A stretch of DNA of 64,000 nt from NCBI GenBank assembly GCA_965240325.2, contig OZ251236.1, positions 806,001-870,000 on the forward strand, given 5' to 3'. A program made the translations under genes and the position numbers. The first letter of the stretch is position 1; each line of letters begins with the position of its first letter. The stretch is from Rebecca billardiae RCC1528 (lineage: Eukaryota > Protista > Haptophyta). The notes under the pieces are model-generated. The model made no database searches. It was not told the origin of the DNA and saw only the letters and a list, made by a program, of their open reading frames with translations. Below are positions 47,491 to 59,308 of the stretch, piece after piece.

Positions 47491-48676
47491 CGCGCGCCGC
47501 GCGCGGCCGGGGGCGCTTCGGCGGCTAGGGGCCTCCGAGCCCATCATGGCGCGCACGTCGGGCTGCGCGCGCACGGCTTGGCCGACACCACGGCAAATCG
47601 ACTTGCGGCTGCGCCACGCCTCGTCATGAGGTCGCGATCGGAGATGTATACTGTACGGGTATGCTGAGTCTTCCCGCGCGCGGGGAGTGGCCAGGGGCTG
47701 GAGCGAGCGATCGGGCCCAGCCGCGCGGCTCCCCAAGCGCCAACCGCACCGAGCCTGAGCCAGAGCAGTCGTCAAAGGCCGCTCCGGATCATCATCGACA
47801 TTCTGATCGACACAGTGGCCTCGGACGGAGGCTCGGACCTGCTCACGAACCTGCCAGGTATGCAAAGGGCGCCCAGAAGTGCCGGCGTGGCGGTCAGGCG
47901 GAGTCACGGGAGTCCGCCGTCCGGCCGGCTGGGGGCGGCGACGGCTGCCCGGTCCGCTGGCAGTGACGTGACTCCGCGTCCGACTCTGATTCTGAGCGAG
48001 ATTTACTCTGACTCACTCCGATGACTGCGAGTCTGTGACTGTGTCAGTGTGGCCCGCACCGGCGCCCGTTAGCTCACGCCGTCACGCCGCCCCGAATAAT
48101 AATCCGGATATTATTATATTAAATAAAAGCGCGCCGGGCCGATTCACGATGACTGGCGCGAGACACGATTCTGAGTCGATGACGATTGGCGTCATCACTG
48201 GCGCGGACGCCGCGGAGGCCCGGCGTCGCGCGGCCCGGATTACCGTCAACCGCGCCGGCCCTCAGTCGGAATTGTCAGATGCCGATGGTATTACTATTAA
48301 ATCTGCCTCACATTATTCAGTCACATGAGTTACGCGACTATGTACGTACTCTGACACGCTGAGACTAGATTAAGCAGATGATGATGATGCGTGCTTCAAA
48401 GGAGCCATGAGCCACCGGGCTCAGTCTCCCCAGTGACGACTCTGGCAGACGACGAGGCCCCCGAGGACTCCCCCAGTCCGGATTGAGCCAAGACGTCCCC
48501 GGTCGGATGACCCCGACCTCGCCCCACGACCGACGACATGATTGTTCCATATCCATCGGAGGAGGCAATGTGCGTCGGGCGCCGCGGGCCACGCGTTTGC
48601 CCGGGCCCGAATCGTGTCCGTGCGTACCCTGCGCTCACAAGGGTCCCTGCACGGCGCGGCAGCGCGTGCCGCGCCG

Positions 48677-48739
48677 AGGGATCTCGGCCACACATCAGAG
48701 GCGCTTGTGCTCTTTGGATGTGCGTGCGTCATTAGCCCT
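48677..48739 (-). promoter_or_regulatory. SECIS element (type II-like) in the SelK 3' UTR
   Basis: Minus strand: AGGG cta ATGA c GCaCGCACATC c AAA gagcacaagcgcctct GATGTGTGGC c GA gat CCCT. This gives helix I, the AUGA/GA core, a 10-bp helix II with one bulge, apical AAA and a possible mini-stem. Confidence 0.85.
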
Positions 48740-48787
48740 TGCGAGTTCAAGGCAGCGACACCCGCGGACGAAAAGTCCGCGGGGTGC

Positions 48788-49048
48788 TTAGGTTCAGCCA
48801 CCGCCGGTACCGCAGTCGCCAGATCCGAGCGTTCGCACGTTCGGCTGCGGTCGAGTGGGCGGCCCACGGGTGGCTGCAGGCTTGGCCGCCGCGCCGCCAG
48901 CAGCGCGCCGCGCACGGATGGCGGCGACGGGCTCAGGCGAGACGAGCGTCATGATGAAGAGCACGATGACGTCCATGAGCTTCATGGGGTTGAACATGCT
49001 CCACCACGGTGGAGTCGTGACCACCTGGCCATTGCGGATGACAGCCAT
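48788..49048 (-). CDS. SELENOK: Selenoprotein K-like, 86 aa, penultimate Sec (UGA at 48796-48794)
   Basis: MAVIRNGQVV...PW..., one hydrophobic segment (VIVLFIMTLVSP), G/P/R-rich tail ending CGTGGG-TGA-ACC-TAA (GGG-U-T-stop); SECIS in the 3' UTR. Confidence 0.88.
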
Positions 49049-49335
49049 GGCGGGAGGCGGCGGGCGTTCGCCCCTGCCCCAACGCGCTTCTTGTGTGTGC
49101 AGCGCGTCTCGATCTGGAGATCTTTGTCACAGCTTGGGACCAGACCGGACCGTGCGTCCGGCTATGAGATGGGCTGAAAAATGTCGCGCGAGCACAATCG
49201 AGTGAGCTTCATCATCTTGTTCATCGGAGATCTCGCGCAGCACACATTATTGAACATCGCCGCCGTGCGCACGCACGGCCGGTGCCGAGCGACCGAGGGC
49301 CGCGGGCTGGCTGTGGGGACGTCGGCGCCAGCCCG

Positions 49336-52158
49336 ATGAGGACGTGCGTGTTCACGGCGTGCGTCCTCCTCGGCTGCGTCGGCGTCGTGGGTGGACGCCC
49401 GCCTGGCCTTGCGTCGGGCATCAGGCGGCTCCCTGGCGCTTCGGGCCGCGCGCGCCGCGCCAGGCCGCCGGGCGCGCTCATCCTCGTCAGGAATGGGCTG
49501 CCGGACTGGGCGCTGACGGACGAGCAGTTCATCGGCTGGGCCGACCCGGACCTGTCGGAGGAGGGGCAGCTGGAGGTGCGCTCCGCCGCGCGGCTGCTGC
49601 TCGAGGCGGGCTACACCATCGACTGCGTGCACACGTCGATGATGAAGCGCTCGATTCGAACCGTGTGGATTATTCTGCATGAGCTCGAGCGCATCTACCT
49701 GCCCGTGCTCAAGGACTGGCGGCTGGCCGCGAGGCGGTGCGGCGCGCTGACTGGCCTCTCCGAGCCCGAGATCGACCGGCTCTGGGGCCCGGGCTACGTC
49801 GAGCGCCTGCGCGGTGACTTGCACATGCGGCCACCGCCGGCGAGCGAAGCGCCTGATGACGCGCAGTACACCGCCACGCCCGAGCGCGACTTCCCACACC
49901 TGCGCAACTCGGACGACATCCTGCCGACGGAGAGCCTCGGGGAGGCATTCGGGCGGTGCGACTCTGCATGGAAGGTGCGCCGCCGCCAGCGTCGCCACCG
50001 CCTCGCCCTGGCGCCTGCGAGCGCACCGCACGCGCGACTGAACCGCGCCGCCGCCTGCGCGCGCGCGCGCGCGCTCGCGCGCGCTCGCGAGAGCAGCCGA
50101 TCCAGAAGGAGCTGGCGTCGGGCAAGAACGTGCTCGTTGTCGGGCACCAGACCTCCCTCTGCGCCCTCATCGCCCAGCTCGAGGACCTCGACCACGAGGA
50201 GGCGCGCCGGCTGATGGAGTTCCCGAGAGGTGCGGCGGCCGAGCGGCGCGCGCACGCCCGGTCGCCTCGCGCCGCGTGCCCCCGCGCCGCGCGCGGTGGG
50301 CGCGCCGAGGCGCCGTGGGCGACGGGCGGGCGGGCGGGCCGCTGCGCGCCGCCGCGCGATGCGCCGCCGTGCGCGCACCGGCTCACGCCGCCGCACGCCG
50401 GCCGCACGCGCGGACGCTCGCCCCGCGCGCTCGCGCGCGCTCGCCCGCGCGCACGCTCGCCCGCGCAGGCTGCCCCGTCATCTACCGGTTCGAGCGCGCG
50501 CCCGCCGGCCAGCTGCGCGTGCTGCCGCCGAGTGCGAGCCCTCGGAACGCGGTCAACTCGTTCTGCGCGCAGGCGGCGGCGAGGGGCGCGGAGGACGGCA
50601 AGGACGCGCCGATCCTGCCCAAGTTTGGGGACTTCCTTGCCGGGCCGTCCGACCTCGAGCGCCTTGCTTTGCAGCAGACGCCGCTGCGCGACGCGCCGCA
50701 GTGCATCACGTCGGGCGCGTTCGGCACGGACCTGTGCGCGTACGACGACCCGTTCTCCGCCGCGGCGAAGGGCGGCGCGAAGGCGTCGGAGACCGCGGCG
50801 GCGCGCGCCGCCGAGGTCGAGACCGGCTTCGCCACCGTCGCGCTCAACGGCGAGCGCGCCGAGTCGACGTATCAGGATGCGTTCGTGCCGTTGCAGGAGG
50901 CGGGCGAGGGCGGCCGCGTGCAGCGGCGGGACGGGCAGATCGTCGTGATCATCCGGCACGGCAAGACGGAGCAGAACAAGCTCGGGCTGTTCACCGGGTG
51001 GATGGACGTGCCCCTCGCCGCGGAGGGCGCCGTCGAGGCCATGCGCGCCGGCCAGCTGCTTCGAGAGCACGGCATTCACTTTGACCTCGTGTACGCGTCG
51101 TGGCTCTCTCGATCCATCTCGACCGCGTGGCTCGTGCTCGAGCAGCTCGACGCGCTCTGGCTGCCGATCATCAAGTCGTGGCGGCTGAACGAGCGGATGT
51201 ACGGGCGGCTCACCTCGCTCTCCAAGCGGATGATCCGCACCAAGTACGGCGAGGAGCAGTTCCGGCTGTGGCGCCGCGGGTACGACACGCGCCCGCCGCC
51301 CATCTCGTCCTTCTCGCCGCTCTACCCGGGGAACGACGACCGTTACGTGACCTACGTAACGGACGTGCGCAACTCGGTCCGCGAGACGGTGATCCGCTCG
51401 ATCGAGGCGGGGCAGCTCGAGCTGCACCCGAAGCTGCCCAAGGCCGAGTCGCTCAAGGACTGCATGGAGCGCACCATACCTTTCTGGAGGTGCGCGCGCG
51501 CTCGCGCGCGCGCGCACCACGACGCGCGCGTCGCGTGCGCGCGCGCGCGCGCTCACGCGCGCGTGCCCTCGCGCGCACCTCCTCGCGCGGACTCGCCGCG
51601 GCCATGCAGCGACGTGATCGTGCCGGAGGCCATCTCGAACGGCAAGAACGTGCTCATCTCCTCGTCCGAGAACGCGATCCGCGGCCTCATGATGCACCTG
51701 TGCGACATCCCGCCGGACAAGATCGTCGGCGTCGAGATCCCAACGGGTGCGCGCCGCGCGCCGAGCGCACGCCGAGCGCGCGCCGAGCGCGCGCGCGCGC
51801 GCATGCGCGGGGGAAGCGCGAGGGCCCCGCGCGGCCACGCGCGCCCTCCGCCGACGGGCTTGGCGGCTGAGCCCACGCCCCCCTCTCACCCCGCCCCCGC
51901 CCGCGCGCGCGCACCCGCCGCCGCGCGCCGCGCGCAGGCGTGCCGCTCGTGTACGACGTGCAGTCCAAGTGCATCCGGCTGCTCGACGACGGCTCGGGCG
52001 TGACGGACCCGCTCTCGCGGTACAACTTTGGCTCGAGCGGCCACCTGCTCTTCCAGCCGTGCGCGTACGACGCGTGGCCGGACGTGAACAAGAAGAAGCA
52101 GCCCAAGGTCGCCGCCGCCGGGGGAAGCAGCTCCGAGCCCAAGCCGGAGGCGGCCTAA
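49336..52158 (+). CDS. gpmA: Cofactor-dependent phosphoglycerate mutase with two tandem domains (first degenerate) and a signal peptide, 5 exons, ~716 aa
   Basis: Introns 49975-50096, 50230-50468, 51490-51609, 51747-51937. Domain 2: IIRHGKT..N..LFTGWMDVPL, WRLNERMYG, WRRGYD, ESLKD, EIPTGVPLVY. Domain 1: LVRNG, FIGWADPDLS, WRLAARRCG. N-terminal MRTCVFTACVLLGCVGVVGG suggests complex-plastid targeting (inference). Confidence 0.88.
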
Positions 52159-53117
52159 CCACCAAGCTCCGCTGACGCCGCTGCATCGCATCATCGCGCT
52201 CTGTTCCAAGCCCAAGGATGAGGGCCGCGATGTCCGCCCGAGGAGGCAGCAGCACTGCCACTCGGCTGGGGCCGTGCCCGTCTCCGCGCGGCTACCTGGC
52301 CAGGTGGCGCCCGGCAGTTGCGTTGGCGGACAGGCGCGCCAGCTCAGAGCTGCCGCCAGCTGACGCCGCTGTGAAGTGTGCTTGTGATTTGTGCGGACGA
52401 GTGCTGACCGCCGCAGCCCCGCGGTTCGGGCTTCGGAGTTCGGGCTTCGGCCCGTCGGGCCGTTCGCCTTCGGCCTTTGGGCCATCAGGTTGATACTAAG
52501 TGCCTGACGCAGCCCGTCTGAGCCGGCGGCGCGGGCCGACTGACGCGGTCCGCGGCTCCGCGTGTGACAGTGTCAGTGTGAGCCGCGCTGAAGGCAGACG
52601 GCGGCGGCGGACTAGCCCCGAGCCCGCGTACGGCCTACGGAGTACGGGGCCCGCTCCCGCAGACAGTCCGCCGGGGCGGCGGCACCGTCACCGTGACTCG
52701 GTAAGTTCAAGTCACTCGCCCGGCTCGAGCGGCCGCGGCTCGGATGAAGCGGATGGGAGAGCGGTGGCACCACCGAGGCCGGACCGACGACGCCGAGTGC
52801 ATAACAAGCGTGATAGACTCAGGCGGACGGAGGCTTCGTCGATCACGTCAAAATAAGATGACTACGGCTGCCATCGTGGCTCTGCACCTGTGACGGTCGG
52901 GAGCGCTGACCAGGGCTGACGGCCCCACATTTGAGGTACCCGCGAAGTCCGGATATGCCGTGCCAACGATCCGGTGCTGGTTGAATTGGCCAATCAGCGC
53001 GCGCCGCCTCCGAAAAGCCGCCGAGGCGCCTCGCGCAGCGTCTCGCGGGCGCCGGCGACGCAGCCGCGCGCAGCCGCGCACCGCCAAAAAAGGCCACACG
53101 CGGCGTCGCAAGCCACG

Positions 53118-56100
53118 ATGGCGCTCGCGAGGCGCAGTGGGCCCCCCGCCTCCCTCGATGTGGCGGAGGCGCCGGTGCTGCGGCCGTCGGAGGAGGAGTT
53201 CGCCGAGCCGTGGCGCTTCATCGCGTCCGTGCGCCCGCTCCTCGAGCAGTACGGCCTCGTCCGCGTCGTGCCGCCGCCGAGCTGGCGGCCGCGCTTCGCG
53301 CTCGACACGGCCGCCCTCCGGCTCAAGCTCGAGCCGCAGCGCGTGAACGAGCTGCTGGAGCACAACGGCGCGCGCATGAAGTTCATCAGCGAGCTGCGCG
53401 AGTTCCACGACGCGCGCGGCACGCCGCTCGCGCGCATACCCGTCGTCGCCGGCCGCGACCTCGACATGCACAAGCTCTTCCTCACGGTGACGTCGATGGG
53501 CGGCCACCACCGCGTCGTCGCCGCCAAGCGCTGGCCGGAGGTGGTGCAGGCGCTCGGCCTCACGTCGGCGCACTCGTCGTACATGCTGCGCCAGCACTAC
53601 GCCAAGATCCTGCTGCCGTACGAGCAGCACCTCGAGCAGCTGCACGGCGGCACGCTGCCGCAGCCGCCGCCGCTCCCGCCGCCGATTGCCGAGCCGACGC
53701 GCCGCTCGGCCGGCGGCGCGCGCGACGACGTGGTCAGCCTGCCGACGGCGATCGTCGGGAGCGCGGGGCAGACGCGCGCGGCGGAGCGCGGCGACGAGCT
53801 CGTCCGGCTGCGCGCCATCGAGCCGCCGCGCTCCATCTCGCACGAGGCGCTCGTCGCGCGGCTGCTCGCCGTCGAGGCGCGGGTCGCGCCGCGCGCCGCC
53901 GGCGCAGCCGACGGCGCGGGCGCCGGCGCGCGCTCGGCGGAGAAGTGGTCGGACCATCGGTGCGCGCGCGCGGCGCGCGGCTCGTGCGCCGTGCACGCCT
54001 CGCTCATCCCCGCCCCCTCTCGTCCGCGCGCACCGCCCGCACGCCCGCACGCCCGCGCGGCGCGCAGGTCGCTCTGGCGCGAGATGGTTCGATCGGCGCG
54101 CTCGCTGCAGGAGCTCGCGCTCGCGCTCGCCGCCCTCTCGCGCTCGGTGGAGACGGGCGAGGAGGTGCCGATGGGCGAGGGCTGGAAGCGCGTGCGCGAC
54201 GACTGGCTCCGCCAGCTCGTCGCGATCACGCAGGGCCTCGACGGTTTCAGAGACGGTTACGCCGAGGGCTACAATGGCGGTTACAACGCGCTCTATCGGC
54301 TGCTCGACCGTTTCGAGTCGTACCTCCCGGCGGCCGCGGCGGCGCAGCCGGCGCAGCCGGCGCAGCCGAGCGCCACGGAGTCCGCGCCGGAGGGCGGCGG
54401 CAGCATCGGCGGCAGCGGCGGCGGCGGCAGCGACGCCGGAGGCGCCGCCGCCGACGCGCCCGCGCCCGAGCCCGCGCCCGCGCCCTCGGGCGCAGGCGCG
54501 GGCAAGCGGCGCCGCCCCGAGACCCCGCCGACGCGCGCGTCGGCGCGCGGCAGCCACTCCGCCGGCGGCACGCCGCGCAGCGGCTTCGGCGGCGGCGGCG
54601 CGCCCTCGCCGCTGCAGCTCCCCCTGCCCGGCCCCGACGGCGCGGAGGGCGGCAGCGCGCGCTCGCCGCTGCCCACGCCGATCTCACCCGCCGCCAAGCG
54701 GCAGCGAGGCACCACGCCTGTCACGCCTCCCGCCACGGCGGGCGGCGGCGGCGAGGGCGCGGCGGCGGCGGCGGCCGAGGCGGGCGCGTCGGGCGCGCAC
54801 AAGCGCGCGCGCGGCTCGCCCGACGGCGAGTCGCCCGCCACCAAGCTCGCCTCCCTGGGCAACGGCGGCGCCGGCGCCGGCGGCACCAAGCCCGGAGCAG
54901 CGGCCGTCGCAGCCGCCGAGCGGCAGATGGATGCCGCGGCGGCGGCGGCGGCGGCTGCGGCCGTCGCCGCCGCGGGCGGCGACGACGATGGGCGGGCGGA
55001 CGACGGCGACGACGAGGGGAACAGGCCGTCGGACGAAGGCGACGAGAACGAGCAGGACGAGGCCGGCTCCGCCGGCGGCAGCGACCTCGTCCTCGACATC
55101 GAGCTCGCGACGCGCGCGGGCGGCCGCGCGTCAGGCCGTCTCCGCGAGTTGCAGGGCGCGCAGTCGCCGGGCGGCGGCCTGAGCGGCGCCAGCCTCGGCG
55201 GCCTCGGGAAGATGGTGCCGGCGGGCACGGCGGCGGCGGCGGCGGCGGCCGCGGCGGTCGCGGCGATGGGCGAGGACCTCGGCGCCGCGCTGAGCGGCTC
55301 GACGGGCGCCGCTGCCTCCGCCAAGCCGCCACTGCCACTCGCAGCCGCGAGCGCAGCCGCCGGCGCGGCCGCGGCAGCGGCAGCGGCAGCGGCCAACGCG
55401 GCCGCGAACGCGGTGGCGGCGGCGGCCACCGAAGGCAACGGCGCGGGCGGCGCGGTGGGCGCGGGCGGCGGCGCGGCCGCGTCGGCCGGCGCCGCGCCCG
55501 ACGGCGCCCTCTCCTTCCCCGCCTTCGAGCGCCTCTCGCACGCGTTCAAGGCTGAGTTCTTCGGCTCGATGCGGCGCGGCGCGCGCCGCGTCGCCGCCGC
55601 GTCGACCGATTCGTACGTGTCGGCACGCTCGCTCGAGTCCAAGTTCTGGAAGGCGGTGGAGCTGCCGCAGGAGGAGGTGGAGGTGTACACGACGCACGCG
55701 CTGCGCTCCGCCGTCGTCGGCTCCGCCTTCGACACCACCGCCGTCGCCGCCGCCGCCGACGGCCTCGCCCCGTTCACAGCGAGCCGACCGCCGCCGCGCG
55801 CGGCCGCCGCAGCCGCCGCCGCCGCGATCGCAGACACCGCGCCGCCGCCGCCGCCGCCGCCGCCCGTGCCGCCGAGCCACGCGGCGTGGTACCTGCCCAC
55901 GCTCGCGCGCTCGCCCGCGTGCTGCCTCTCGCTCGTGCCCGGCGCGGGCGCGCCCGTCTCGCCCGCGCCCACCCAGCCCCACGTCGCGCCGGCCGAGGAG
56001 GCGAACGCGGCGCTGCGCGAGCCCTCGCTCGTGAAGGTGTCGATGGCAATGGCGGCGCGCACGTGGACGGTTGGCGCGCAGTTCTCGGGGACGATCGAGT

Positions 56101-59100
56101 ACCTGCACTCGGGCGCGCCGCGGAGCTGGTACACGGTGCCCGCGTGCCACGCGGACGCGATGGTCCGCCTGCTCGAGGGCACGCGCGAGGCGCACGACGC
56201 GCTCGCCGTCACGGCCGCGGCCGGCGCGGACGCGGGCGCGCCCGCGGCGGCGAGCGGCGCGGGCGCGCGCGGCGCCGCCGGCGGCGCGGGCGCCGCCGCG
56301 GCGCGCGTGCCGCTCATCTCGCCGACGGAGCTGACCGCGCGCGGGCTGCACGTCTCGCACACGGTGCAGGAGGCCGGGCAGTTCGTCCTCGTCGCGCCCG
56401 CCGCGCACGTCACCTCCGTCGCGCACGGCCTGCACGTCTCCGAGTCCTCTGCGCTGTGCGACGCCGCGTGGCTGCGCTGGTCTGCGCGGCACTCGGAGCG
56501 GTGCCGGCTGTCGCGCACGCCGCCGCCGCTGTGCCACGAGGCGATGGTGGTCGCGGCGGCGGTGGACGCGCGCTCGGCGGAGGACGCGCGGTGGCTGCTC
56601 GCCGAGCTGTGCCGCGTCGTCCGCGTCGAGGCGGCGCTGCGCCGCGCCGCCGCCGACGGCGGGATCGCCAGCTCCGCCGTCTCGCGCGAGGCGGCGGACG
56701 CAGCGCGCGTCGCGACCGCGGCCGAGTCAACGATTCTGCCCGCGACCGCCGGCGCGCTCGGCCTCGGCGCGGGCGTCGCGGGCGGCGGAGCGGGCGGCGG
56801 CGGCGTGGGCGGGGTGGACGCGTGCGCGGACGGCGGCCCCGGCGGCGCCGCCGCCGACTCCGACTCCGACTCCGACTCGTCCGCGGGCGAGGAGGAGGAC
56901 GACGAGGAGGCGGCGCGCGCCCGCCTCGCTCGGCAGCGGGCGTCTTTGCGCGAGGGGGTCCGTCCGCTGCTCAACTCGCGCGCGGAGGCGTGCTGCGAGT
57001 GCGCGGCGCCGTGCGCGCTGTCGGCGGTGGTCTCGAGCGACGGCGGCGCGCGGCGCGTGCGCTGCATCGACGACGCCCTCGCCGCGCGCTCCGGCGCCGG
57101 CGGCTCGCGCCTCGCGTGCAGCCTCGAGTGTCGGCTTCCGCTGCGCGCGCTCACCGATCTGATCCGGCCGTTGCGCACGCTGGCGCGCAAGCGCGCGCGC
57201 TGGCTGGTGAAGGCGCGCGCGGCGTGCGCGGACCGCTCGCGCGCGCCGGCGCTGGAGGACGCGCGCGCGCTGCTCGCCGTCGCCGACTCGCTCTCCCTCG
57301 TCGACCCGCTCGTCGACTGGCTCCGCACCTCCGTGCGCCGAGGCCTTCAGTGGCGGCATGACGCGCGCCGCCTGCTGAGCGGCGGCGGCGGCGGCAGCGC
57401 GGCGAACGCCGGCCTCGGCACGGTCGGCGCGAGCCTGGGCGGGCTCGGGCTCGGCGGCTCGGGCGGCTCGGGGCTGGCGCGCACGGCGCAGCTCCTCGGC
57501 GCGCTCATCCGCGAGGGCCGCCGCCTGCCCCTCCAGCTCTCCGAGCTCCCGGCGCTCGAGACTCTCCGAGATCGCTCTTCCGAATGGGCCTCGCGCGTGC
57601 GCGCCGCGCTGCTCCCGGGCCAGCCTGTGCCCGCGGACGGCGTGACGCGCGAGCAGCTGCACTCGCTGCTCGGCGAGTACGACCGGCGGATCGGCGTGGC
57701 GCACGACGACGCGGCGCGCCTCCGCCGCGCCGTCGCGCGCCTCGACTGGATCAAGACCACCGAGGCCCTGCTCAGCGGCACGCCGCCGCCGCCGCTCGCG
57801 TCGACGGCCGCGGCGGCGCGCGCCGCCAAGAAGCTGGACATACTCGAGTGCACGCCGCGCGCGGGCGAGCTGCTCGCGGTGGTGCAGCGCGCGGAGGCGA
57901 CGGAGGCGCGGGCGAAGGCGGCGCTCGCCAACCGCGTGCCCGTCTCCGCCGCGCGCAAGCTGCTCGCCGAGACGAGCGAGCTGCCGATCGCACTCGAGTA
58001 TACTCCGCGGCTGGCGGCGGCGCTCGAGGCGGCGGCGGACTTCGCCGCCAAGGCCGCGCCACTGCTCTCGCCGGCGGAGGGCTCGGCGCGGCCGTCGCTC
58101 GAGGCGGTGGCGGAGCTGGTGGAGGAGGCGTCGGGGCTGACGCTGCAGACGCCCGAGGAGGACCGGCTCCGCGAGCTCGCGCGCCTCGCCGAGCTCTGGA
58201 GCGCGCACGCCGCCGCCGGCATCCTCCGGCGCGGCTGTGTCACGCCGCTGCCGGATGTGCTGCTGCGCGCGGCGGACCGCGCGACGCGCGACGCGGACGC
58301 GAGCGAGTGGCGGCTGGGCGGCGAGCACTCGGCGGCGGTGCGCCGGCGGATCGACGCGGAGTGCGGCGGCGTGCTCGGCGCCGCCGCCGCCGTCGGCGCC
58401 GCCGCCGACGGCGCGGTCAAGGCTGAGGGTAGCGACGGCGGCGCCGGCGGCGCCGCCGGCGGCGGCGCCGCCGACGGCGGCAGCGAGCTCGGGAGCGCGA
58501 CCGGCGCCGGCGCCGAGGGCGGCCGCGTCGGCGCGGCCGTGTCGGGCCGCGAGCTCGCCTCGCGCGTCGAGTCGGCGCCGTGCCCGTTCTGCGCCTCCGA
58601 GGAGCGCGCGGCGATGCAGTCGTGGATCGCTTGCGACACGTGCGAGACGTGGTACCACTCGGAGTGCGTGCACGTCTCCAAGGCGCAGGCGGAGTCGCTC
58701 GACACGTACCTGTGCCCGGCGTGCGCGACGAAGGCGGGCGTGCCGTACGCGTTCCGGCTGCCCGCGCCGCCCAAGCGCACGCGGCGGCCCAAGCTGCGGC
58801 TGGTGCGCGCGCTGCTCGCCGAGGCCGACACGCTCGGCGTGCGTGTGCCAGCCGTGGAGCCGCTCTCCATACTGATGGTCGAGGCGGAGGCGTGGCAGGA
58901 GACGGCGCAGGCGGCTCTGGCCGAGCCGCCGCTCGCGCTGGCCGCGCTCGAGGCGCTCATGTCCGCGGGCGCGCAGCTCGAGGTGGAGGCGGAGCTGATA
59001 CCCACCGTCGACCGGCTGCGCGACTCGGTCGCCTCGTGGTGCCAGCGCGCCGCGTGCGTCCTCGTGCCCCCGACACAGCTCGTCGAGCTCGCGCCCGCGG

Positions 59101-59274
59101 CCGAGGCTGAGGGGGGCGGCGGCGGCGGCGGCGGCGGCGACGGCCAGGCGGCGCCGGCACCGAAGCAGGAGGAGGGCGCGGCGGAGGGCGGCGGCGGCGC
59201 GCCGGACGCGCCGCCCGCGGCGGACGCGGTGGGCGGGGCGGAGGGCGCGCCCGCGGCTGAGGGCGCCGCGCCCG

Positions 59275-59308
<34 letters not shown>

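Noticed and set aside
11392-49048. Ubiquitin/ERAD gene cluster (RNF213-like, RING-LRR, UCHL5, SelK)
   Set aside because: UCHL5 and SelK are housekeeping genes interleaved with unrelated genes; no evidence of functional clustering.
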